Part shown: in pieces, positions 26,509 to 34,302 of the stretch
How positions within the stretch are numbered: position 1 is the first letter of the stretch
How the letters are laid out: each line of letters begins with the position of its first letter
Assembly (NCBI GenBank): GCA_965204725.1
Contig: OZ242005.1
Coordinates: 4,864,001-4,928,000, forward strand
DNA: 64,000 bases
Direction of reading: 5' to 3'
Origin: Candidatus Latescibacterota bacterium
Lineage (GTDB): Bacteria > Latescibacterota > UBA2968 > UBA8231
Notes under the pieces: generated by a model
Told to the model about the DNA's origin: nothing
Database searches by the model: none
What the model saw: the letters and a program-made list of their open reading frames with translations, nothing else
Program-made: the position numbers and the translations under genes

Positions 26509-27822
26509 ATGAGACGACCATGGAAAGTACCGTTACAAAAAAATAGAAAGCTGCAAGGCTGCTTGGTGTTGTCGCTGGCCTTGCATCTGCTGGTGATCTT
26601 CGGCATCACGCACCGCGAGCAGGTTGCCCAATTTCCCGTCCTACAGCCGATCATGGTGGAGTTTACCAAACGCCCGCCGCCGCAGCGCACGCTGAACCGT
26701 CGGCAACGACCCCGGCAGCGGCCGTTGGCGCGGCGACCCGCCCTGCAAGCGGCCCCAGTCGCCGCGGTGCGCCCAGCCCCCACGGCGACGCGCCCCCTGC
26801 CGATGTTCAAGTCAGCGGCACTTAGGCTGCCAACGGCGGCCCTGCCGGACCGGCTGGTGCTGCCGGTGCCGGACTTCCCCGCTCGGCACATTGGTCCACA
26901 AATGCAGGCTGGAGCACTCAAAGGGACGAGGCAGGGGGCCGACGAGATTGACTTGGCCTTGGAACTGATGGATGTGCAGGCCATGGACACCGGCCAGCAC
27001 CGGGCGATGGTGGTCGTCGATCCAAAAGACCGGCGTCAACTCAAGGGATTCCTCTATATGTCCAATGTGTATAGCCCTTCCATCGAACGGGCTGAGTCGG
27101 AAACATCGCGCCGACTTTTGCAGACGCGCCAAATGGTAGAAAACCGGATGCTACAAGGGCTGGCCGACAAAATGGTCGCCAGTACGCAGGTTCACGCCGA
27201 AGTGCTCGACGCGGTGGCACTGGACGACCCCCAACTATTGCAGGTGCCCTTCGTCCTCCTGACGGTGAGTGATCATTTCGAGTTCACCGAGGCGGAGACA
27301 GCTAATCTCGGGGCGTATTTGACTTCGGGTGGCTTCCTGTTTGCGGATATTGTGAGCGAATTGCCGCGCGAATACAGCGACGACCAATTGGACATTCCCG
27401 CAGTGCGTTCCCTCATTCGCACCAGTTTGCAGGCGGCCGGGTATCAAGAGTGGAAGGACTGGCAATTTAGACGCCTAGCGATGACCCATCCGATCTATCA
27501 TTGCTTCTACAATGTGGAGAGTCTCCCGCGCGGGATGCGCGATATGCACTATGCCGGCGGAGTGCCGCGGACTCCGGACTATTTGGAGGGCATCGTCGTC
27601 GAGGATCAGTTGGTGGGCGTGTATTCGATGCGTGGCTACGCCGATTTCTGGGCGGGAATCGCCAAGGAGGAAGCGGAGATATTTGATCCGGTCCTTTTTG
27701 TCGGTAGTCCGTTTCGGGCTAGTGCCGAGGAGCCGATGGTGTATAACTTGGGCGTGAACTTCTTGGTATATGCGTTGACACGAGAAGGCTCATTAGCCCA
27801 ACAATTAGTCGCTGCGGACTGA
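26509..27822 (+). CDS. DUF4159-like protein (copy b)
   Basis: Paralog of 18906-20243; start could also be 26464. Confidence 0.72.
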   Translation: MRRPWKVPLQKNRKLQGCLVLSLALHLLVIFGITHREQVAQFPVLQPIMVEFTKRPPPQRTLNRRQRPRQRPLARRPALQAAPVAAVRPAPTATRPLPMFKSAALRLPTAALPDRLVLPVPDFPARHIGPQMQAGALKGTRQGADEIDLALELMDVQAMDTGQHRAMVVVDPKDRRQLKGFLYMSNVYSPSIERAESETSRRLLQTRQMVENRMLQGLADKMVASTQVHAEVLDAVALDDPQLLQVPFVLLTVSDHFEFTEAETANLGAYLTSGGFLFADIVSELPREYSDDQLDIPAVRSLIRTSLQAAGYQEWKDWQFRRLAMTHPIYHCFYNVESLPRGMRDMHYAGGVPRTPDYLEGIVVEDQLVGVYSMRGYADFWAGIAKEEAEIFDPVLFVGSPFRASAEEPMVYNLGVNFLVYALTREGSLAQQLVAAD

Positions 27823-27880
27823 GGGCTATCAGAACAAACTTTGTGGGTCCTTTTTTTATTCTTTTAAGGAGGAATGAATT

Positions 27881-28723
27881 ATGCAGTCTTTAACGTTTGT
27901 TTTTAAGGCCCTCGCCACGTCAGGGCTTGGCCCTCGGTTGGCGGGGCTGGCGGTGATGTTCGGCACCGTCAGCCAGACCCAGGCCGATCCCTGCTTTGGA
28001 ATCGCGGGGGAAAGCCATGGCTCGCACGAAACGACGTATCCATGCGAGTGGCGAGACCATGAACCCGTCGAGTATTGGTGGGAGCATTACTTCCACTATT
28101 CTAGAACGCCGGCCGATAGCTCTGGGCAAACTCCGGGATGTGTTTATCTGTATGCTACCTGTGGCCCAAGTACGACCACCATCGCGGCCGCGACGCCGAC
28201 CGATACTTGCTTTGGAATCGCAGAGGGAAGCAGAGGATCTTACACAACGCCGTATCCATGCGAGTGGCAAGACAATAAACCCGCCGAGTATTGGTGGGAT
28301 CATTATTTCCACTATTCTGAGACGTCGGCCGATAGCTCTGGGCAAACTCTGAGTTGTGCTTATCTGAATTCTACCTGTGGCCCAAGTACGGCTGGCCCAA
28401 GTGCGGCCACCGCCATTGCGGCCGAGACAGCGACCACTCCCTCAATCTTTGTCCTCGGTGCGAACTACCCCAACCCATTCAATCCGGCCACGACTATCCC
28501 CTTGGCGCTGCCCGCCGGAGCCGAGGAGGTTGATTTAACCATTTACAATGTCTTGGGTCAGCCGGTGCGCCGAGTGTGGGCGGGTTCGTTGGCGGCGGGC
28601 GAGCATCGGCTGGCTTGGGATGGCCAAGACGCACAGGGCCAACCCGTCGCTGCTGGAGTCTATTTGTATCGGTTGCAGGTCGGCGACCAGACGCGCATTC
28701 GCAAGATGGTCAAAATCGAATAA
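27881..28723 (+). CDS. Cys-rich peptide precursor A6 with two tandem cores, fused to FlgD-type tail
   Basis: Shortened leader ..LAGLAVMFGTVSQTQA; two CFGIA..PCEW..YWW.HYFHYS..C.YL..TC units; NYPNPFNP tail. Confidence 0.85.
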   Translation: MQSLTFVFKALATSGLGPRLAGLAVMFGTVSQTQADPCFGIAGESHGSHETTYPCEWRDHEPVEYWWEHYFHYSRTPADSSGQTPGCVYLYATCGPSTTTIAAATPTDTCFGIAEGSRGSYTTPYPCEWQDNKPAEYWWDHYFHYSETSADSSGQTLSCAYLNSTCGPSTAGPSAATAIAAETATTPSIFVLGANYPNPFNPATTIPLALPAGAEEVDLTIYNVLGQPVRRVWAGSLAAGEHRLAWDGQDAQGQPVAAGVYLYRLQVGDQTRIRKMVKIE

Positions 28724-28732
28724 GGAACTGAT

Positions 28733-31231
28733 ATGCTAGAGACATTGCGCCAACGTATATCGACTCGTTTGCAGAATCTGAGCGTCCGGCTGCAACGCGC
28801 CGGCACGGTCAAGGGTCTGCCGCGCCACGAGTGCCCCGTCTTGATTTTTTTCCACGGCTACAGCTTGGCCCACACCATCCGACCGCTGGTCGTGGGACGA
28901 GCCCTGCGAGGGCGCGGCTACCCCGTCGAATTCGCGGGAGTGGGGCCTCACACCGCTCGGATCGCCGCCGAAGGCTTTCGAGTGTACGAGGTAGAAACCA
29001 TGCCGCAAAGCCACCTAGACCGATACGCGGCCCGTGGCGACTACGGAGACTGCAATGCGGAGAGGATAGACCGCTGCGTACAAGCCGAACGCGCCCTCCT
29101 CCGGCGGCTCCGCCCTGCCCTCGCGCTGGCAGACCTGCGGCCCACCTTGTCGCTTACCGCCTCTCTTGAAGGAATAGATATAGCCCTGATAGAAGCGGCC
29201 TACAACCAACCGGACTATCCGTTTCCCATTCGCCTGCCCACGTCCTTTTCCTTGGGCACCGAGCCATTCGACGAATACGCTCGTAATCACATCTCGACCT
29301 TCAAGCCACACCACACCTTCTACTTGGTGGCCGATGTGCCCCAATTCCACCCACCGGGTGAACAGACCCCATCCTATTATTGCTATGTGGGGCCATTGAT
29401 CGAGTCCCCACCGCCTCGCCCTATCGCGGAACTGAGCGATTGGGACGATTCGTTGCCGCTAGTCTATTTCAACTGCGGCAGCACCGGGGGCCATCCTAGC
29501 TTTCTCGACGAGGTGCTGGGCCGCATGGCCCATAAACCCTACCGCGTCTTGGTGACCACCGCGGGTCGTTGGGCCGGACAGGGAGCGGCCCCCAATATCC
29601 GCGTCGCCGACTTCGTGCCCGCGGCTTGGGTGTTGGCACAGGCGACCCTCTTCGTGGGGGTAGGCGGCATTGGTTCCATCTACCACGCCTTGCGCCAAGG
29701 CGTACCCGTGGTCGGTGCGCCCGAGCACTTGGACCAAGAGTACCACCTCAACCGAGTGCGCGACCTCGGCTTGGGATTCAAGCTCAACTGGGACGAGTTT
29801 CTCCGGGCGACTCCCCTGTTGGAGGCCATCGACGATCTCCTGACCCGCCACCGCGAATTTGCCCCGCGTTGTCGGGCCTTTGCCGCCCACGTGGGGGAAT
29901 GGGACGGAGGCCAAGCCGCGGCCGATGCGATTGACGCCTTTTTTGTGGACCAGCGTTCTGCCCACCCAATAGAGGCGGCCTATCAGATGCCCGAGCCCGA
30001 ATTTATCCACTACCTCAACCTGAGCACCCCGGCCAACCTCGGCGTCGAGGAGATCCGCACCTTGCTCCACCGCAACCTGAGTCGCGGTTTGCCGCATATC
30101 CAACAGGGCAGCAAGATCGCCTTTGATCGGGCAAATTCTTGGAACTGGCTCTACGACCACGAACCTATGTTCTTTGAAAGCGATTATCGCGCCCTCGAAC
30201 AGAAACGCCGCGATTTTTTCTCTCCTGCGAATGGCCACGTCGCACTGCACCGAAATCGTCAACGCTATCGCCTCACCTATACCTATCGGCTCTACCCAGC
30301 GACCTTGCCGCCCGATGTACGTGCCCGGCTCTTTCTGCCCTATCCCATCCCTAGTCCACATCAAGGAGCTATCGAGTTGTGTGCTTGTGCGCCGGACGAT
30401 TTGCGAACTTGCTTTGCGCCGCAGGCCGGTTTTTTCTACGGCTATCCCGTCCGGGTGGAGGAGGCCGCTCCAGCCGCGGTGGATTTTTCTTACACCTGTG
30501 AGTTGACCGTGCAGGGGCGCATGGGGGCAACGGACCCGGCCCCGCTGTCGGCCAGTGAATACCGCCGCTACCGCGAAATCGATTCAAAGCTGGCGCAAGA
30601 AGCGGTCGTCCAAAACTTCTTTGCCGCATTGGACTTGGACGCGGTGGAAGACCCGTTGGAAAAGGCGCGTCGCATCTACGCCCAATTAGCCGCGGTCAAG
30701 CGCTTCAAAAAAACCAAAGAGCAATCGCAGGACTTGGCCTCTTGCATCCACGTGGTGTTGAACGACAGCGGCGGCCACTGCATAACCCTGTCCAATGCCT
30801 TTATCGCCCTTTGTCGGCTACAGGGAATCGCGGCGCGGGCGGTCACCGGAGCCCTCGCCGGCTACCCCACAGGCGAGGGTCGTTTTGAGATGGCGGCCTA
30901 TAACGAGATTCTCTTTGGGCACACGTGGGCGGAGATTTTCGCGCCGGGCCAAGGTTGGGTGCCGGTAGAATTTCACGGTATTGTCATCGGCCCACAGGCG
31001 GCCACCACGGACAACGTCGCCGACGAAGCCCTGCGCCGCCACATCGCCGAAGTCGGCGGTCGCTACGTCGATTTTTACTTTGGCCAGTTGGATTGCCACC
31101 GCGTGGTGTGCTCCAATTCAGTCAAGACCGTACCGCAACTGTTGGCTTGGCGCGAGCCTGCGTCCGGGTCGCCGTTCTACGGGCCGGAAGGCTTACAATA
31201 CGAGTGCCGACTCGTCTTAGAGTGCATTTGA
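28733..31231 (+). CDS. Fusion of a GT-B (GT1/MGT-like) glycosyltransferase and a transglutaminase-like domain
   Basis: GYSLAHTIRPL and FVPAAWVLAQATLFVGVGGIGSIYHALRQGVP..DQ; C-terminal GHCITLSNAFIALCRLQGIAAR and GHTWAEIFAPGQGWVPVE. Confidence 0.8.
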   Translation: MLETLRQRISTRLQNLSVRLQRAGTVKGLPRHECPVLIFFHGYSLAHTIRPLVVGRALRGRGYPVEFAGVGPHTARIAAEGFRVYEVETMPQSHLDRYAARGDYGDCNAERIDRCVQAERALLRRLRPALALADLRPTLSLTASLEGIDIALIEAAYNQPDYPFPIRLPTSFSLGTEPFDEYARNHISTFKPHHTFYLVADVPQFHPPGEQTPSYYCYVGPLIESPPPRPIAELSDWDDSLPLVYFNCGSTGGHPSFLDEVLGRMAHKPYRVLVTTAGRWAGQGAAPNIRVADFVPAAWVLAQATLFVGVGGIGSIYHALRQGVPVVGAPEHLDQEYHLNRVRDLGLGFKLNWDEFLRATPLLEAIDDLLTRHREFAPRCRAFAAHVGEWDGGQAAADAIDAFFVDQRSAHPIEAAYQMPEPEFIHYLNLSTPANLGVEEIRTLLHRNLSRGLPHIQQGSKIAFDRANSWNWLYDHEPMFFESDYRALEQKRRDFFSPANGHVALHRNRQRYRLTYTYRLYPATLPPDVRARLFLPYPIPSPHQGAIELCACAPDDLRTCFAPQAGFFYGYPVRVEEAAPAAVDFSYTCELTVQGRMGATDPAPLSASEYRRYREIDSKLAQEAVVQNFFAALDLDAVEDPLEKARRIYAQLAAVKRFKKTKEQSQDLASCIHVVLNDSGGHCITLSNAFIALCRLQGIAARAVTGALAGYPTGEGRFEMAAYNEILFGHTWAEIFAPGQGWVPVEFHGIVIGPQAATTDNVADEALRRHIAEVGGRYVDFYFGQLDCHRVVCSNSVKTVPQLLAWREPASGSPFYGPEGLQYECRLVLECI

Positions 31232-31232
31232 G

Positions 31233-32309
31233 ATGGATATTTCCGTGGTCATTGCTACGCACAACCAGCAGGAACGGCTGCGGCTGGTATTGGCCGGATT
31301 GCGCGGCCAGACTGCGCCGGCTACGCGCTTTGAAGTGGTGGTGGTAGAAGACGGTTGTAGCGACAAAACGGCCGAGGTGCTCAGCGAGATTGAGCACCAG
31401 ATGGACCTAACAATTGTTCGCCTGCGGCCCAACGAGGGACGTTGTATGGCTCGTAACCGGGGGGTGGAGGCCGCCGCCGGGGAATTCGTCGCCTTCTTGG
31501 ACGGGGACGCCCTGCCGCATCCCCAATGGCTCCAACGCCATGTCGAAGCACTCGAACAGGGCGGGCGGGAGTCCCTGTTGTGCGGTGCCGAATACAGTCT
31601 GCCCGATTTGGAGTACCTGCAAGACCCCCAACGGGGGACGCCGATGGAGGACAAGACCCCGAGCGTAGTGCGCGAGTACCTCCGCTCCCACCGACCGGAG
31701 TTGATCCTGACCGAGGACATGGTCCTCAAAGCCTTTGACCGCGTCGAAGCGCGCGCCGTGCTCGGGGGGTATCCCTTTCCCGAACTCGAGATACTGCAGG
31801 AACAGATCGCCGAGCTTTTTGTCCAGCATCCCGATTCCCCGATTGGTTGGCTGGGCTTTTTCCCGCACAACGGCGTGGTTTCTAAGGAGGCTTTTTTAGA
31901 GGTGGGTGGTTTTGATCCCGACATGGCCTTTAGCGAAGGGTGGGATTTGGCTTATCGGCTGCAACAGCATGGGAGTCGGCCTCGCTTTGTCCCCGAGGCC
32001 AAGACCTATCACCTCTATCACTACCACGACTTTTCCGACCCGCTCAAAGCGCGCGAAGAGACGCTCGCCCCCCAACGGGCCATGCAGTACATGGAGCGGA
32101 AATACGGGGATCCCAAGTTGCTGCTATTTCACTTCTGGTACGCCAGTATCTGGCCAGATCCCCTCCTGCCCGAAGAGACGTTGCTAAGAGACTTGGTAGA
32201 ATTTCACCATGCGTACGCGCACTGGCCCACTAGCCAACTGCGCGATCTGCGGATATTGTTGGATCATCACCCACTATGGGCAGAACCAAGCGGAGCGCAA
32301 ATCCCATGA
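31233..32309 (+). CDS. GT2 family glycosyltransferase
   Basis: ISVVIATHN, VVVVEDGCSD, ARNRG, AFLDGD (DxD), VGGFD..EGWDLAYRL. Confidence 0.9.
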   Translation: MDISVVIATHNQQERLRLVLAGLRGQTAPATRFEVVVVEDGCSDKTAEVLSEIEHQMDLTIVRLRPNEGRCMARNRGVEAAAGEFVAFLDGDALPHPQWLQRHVEALEQGGRESLLCGAEYSLPDLEYLQDPQRGTPMEDKTPSVVREYLRSHRPELILTEDMVLKAFDRVEARAVLGGYPFPELEILQEQIAELFVQHPDSPIGWLGFFPHNGVVSKEAFLEVGGFDPDMAFSEGWDLAYRLQQHGSRPRFVPEAKTYHLYHYHDFSDPLKAREETLAPQRAMQYMERKYGDPKLLLFHFWYASIWPDPLLPEETLLRDLVEFHHAYAHWPTSQLRDLRILLDHHPLWAEPSGAQIP

Positions 32310-34225
32310 ATCAGAAAGGTTATTTTAGAGTCATTTCCCCTGCGTCGGTGGTGAAACATGCGCTACGATCCAGTGGATTGGTCGCGTTTGTGGCTCTGTC
32401 GTTGCTGCATCCTTCGCATCTTAGAGCCTTCACTTGGGACTTTGCTCAAGAAGGCGATGCCCAAGGTTGGGTAGCTTGGGAAAGCGGGGCTTCGGGCGCA
32501 GTAATTAGAGTACCGCTGCATTCGGAAACAGCCGGCGGAGTATGGCGCGTCGCGCCCCGGGACTTTATGCCCGGTATCAGGCCGATAGTCGAATTGATCT
32601 CCCCACCGATTGGCCGCGATTCGGCCCTATTCAACCGAGTGCGCGTCCGCTTGCGCGTACTGCACACCCAGCCGCTTGAGAGTCAGATTACGCTTCTGTG
32701 GAAGAATCCCGCTAACAAGGGTCTCCGAGGATTCTTTATCAACGCGCAGCCAAGAACGGGGATTGATCATATTACCTTGCTCAAGGGCCAACGCCATACC
32801 TACACTGCGGATTGGCAGGAGGTGACGATCGATAGTGTAGTGTCCAAGACCTATGTAATAGAGGACAAGGTCTATCGACGCCTATGGGAGGGTGAATTGC
32901 TCGAAATACGCCTTCGCCTGCCCTTGTTCAACTACTCGAAGGACGTGGAGGGACCGGGGGAAGTCCCCGAGGCGGTAGAAATCGATTGGATCGAGTTGAC
33001 CCATGCGGAAGGGCCAGATTCAGAGGTCGCGCCGCCGAGGGGGGAAGAGCCGTACCCTGTCGGGACGCTCTTTGCTCTACCGATCTTTTACCCTTTAGAC
33101 CAGCATGGATTGGACGTAGGGCAGCGCGGCCGGCCCGTAGCCGAGTTGGGGGATCTGGATGGCGATGGCGACATGGACATGGCGGCAGTATGGAAAGACT
33201 GGCAGCCCAGCACGAACTCCGACAGGGCAGGTTGGCTGTGCGCGTTCAATGAAGATGGTCGCTTCTCCCCCAAGGTCCGCATTGAACCATTCCCTGAGAT
33301 CGCTCCCATACCTAGGCTGGCCGGTGCTGATTTGCTCGGCGACGAGCGCATGGAACTCATCGTGGGCTTTGGTCGTTCGCTTGACCTGTTGGAGCATTCA
33401 TCAGCCGGTTGGTCGGTGGCGCGGCATATAGCGGACGGGGCGATTCCCTTGGGTACAGGAGATGTCGATGGAGATGGAGACGAGGATATATGGCTGACCG
33501 AGTCCTACTCCAAGCTCTCGGCTCGTGCCGTCATTTTGCTCAATGATGGGGAGGGGCGGTTCGACGAACGAATGATTCTGGCTCCCGAATTGGCCGAGTT
33601 TGCGTGGTCGCCCATGCGTCTGATCTATCATATCCCGGGTGGCCGCAAGACCGGATTGCTTTGGGGTGCCCCCGATGTTGGCACTCCACACGACTACATG
33701 GCGACCTATCTGGACGACAATGGTGAAACCATCCAAGAGCACCTCCGAGTGGATGCGGCGGCGGATTTGATCTGCTATGCGGGCGATTTTGATCAGGACG
33801 GAGATACAGATATGGTCGCGGGTAGGGCCGTCACCGCTACGACGATAGGCTCTATGCCCACAGTACTCACCGGGCTGGATCTTTTAATTAATCAAGGTGA
33901 CGGCGTCTTGGACAAGGTTGCATGGTATGAAAGGGGATACGTGCAACAGGATGTGGTGTTTTCCGACCTCAATGAAGATGGGCTCTTGGACGCAGTGTTT
34001 GTCGATCGCGATTTCCGCCAGCCGGCACTCGTCGTCAACATGGGCAGAAAGAACGGCGTCCCCCTGCGGGAAGGCCACTATCCGCTGCAAGGGTTGGGCG
34101 GAACGGTCATAAGCGGCGATGTGGATGGAGATGGCGACCTAGACTTGGCCGTGCTAGAAAATGCCATGCGCGGGGGGGGCAGTGGTATATACATCCTGTC
34201 CAACCAGACAAGAACGGACGATTGA
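32306..34225 (+). CDS. Secreted FG-GAP/VCBS repeat protein F5 (divergent, no FlgD tail)
   Basis: ATG overlapping the upstream TGA; same FTWDF..GW N-domain and GDxDGDGD repeats; ends just after the last repeat. Confidence 0.85.
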   Translation: MNQKGYFRVISPASVVKHALRSSGLVAFVALSLLHPSHLRAFTWDFAQEGDAQGWVAWESGASGAVIRVPLHSETAGGVWRVAPRDFMPGIRPIVELISPPIGRDSALFNRVRVRLRVLHTQPLESQITLLWKNPANKGLRGFFINAQPRTGIDHITLLKGQRHTYTADWQEVTIDSVVSKTYVIEDKVYRRLWEGELLEIRLRLPLFNYSKDVEGPGEVPEAVEIDWIELTHAEGPDSEVAPPRGEEPYPVGTLFALPIFYPLDQHGLDVGQRGRPVAELGDLDGDGDMDMAAVWKDWQPSTNSDRAGWLCAFNEDGRFSPKVRIEPFPEIAPIPRLAGADLLGDERMELIVGFGRSLDLLEHSSAGWSVARHIADGAIPLGTGDVDGDGDEDIWLTESYSKLSARAVILLNDGEGRFDERMILAPELAEFAWSPMRLIYHIPGGRKTGLLWGAPDVGTPHDYMATYLDDNGETIQEHLRVDAAADLICYAGDFDQDGDTDMVAGRAVTATTIGSMPTVLTGLDLLINQGDGVLDKVAWYERGYVQQDVVFSDLNEDGLLDAVFVDRDFRQPALVVNMGRKNGVPLREGHYPLQGLGGTVISGDVDGDGDLDLAVLENAMRGGGSGIYILSNQTRTDD

Positions 34226-34302
34226 ATGGATAGCCCGGATAATAAAGAAAGAGGCATAAGACGATGAGACGACCCGAAGCTATCACTCTCTGGAGGTTCG
34301 TT

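Noticed and set aside
13346-27822. Duplications as assembly artefacts
   Set aside because: Copies differ by synonymous changes, loop-restricted substitutions and in-frame indels. This cannot be fully excluded without reads.
13346-28723. Lanthipeptide, sactipeptide/ranthipeptide or classical bacteriocin cluster
   Set aside because: No LanB/C/M, radical SAM, YcaO or peptidase-containing ABC transporter, and no double-Gly leader.
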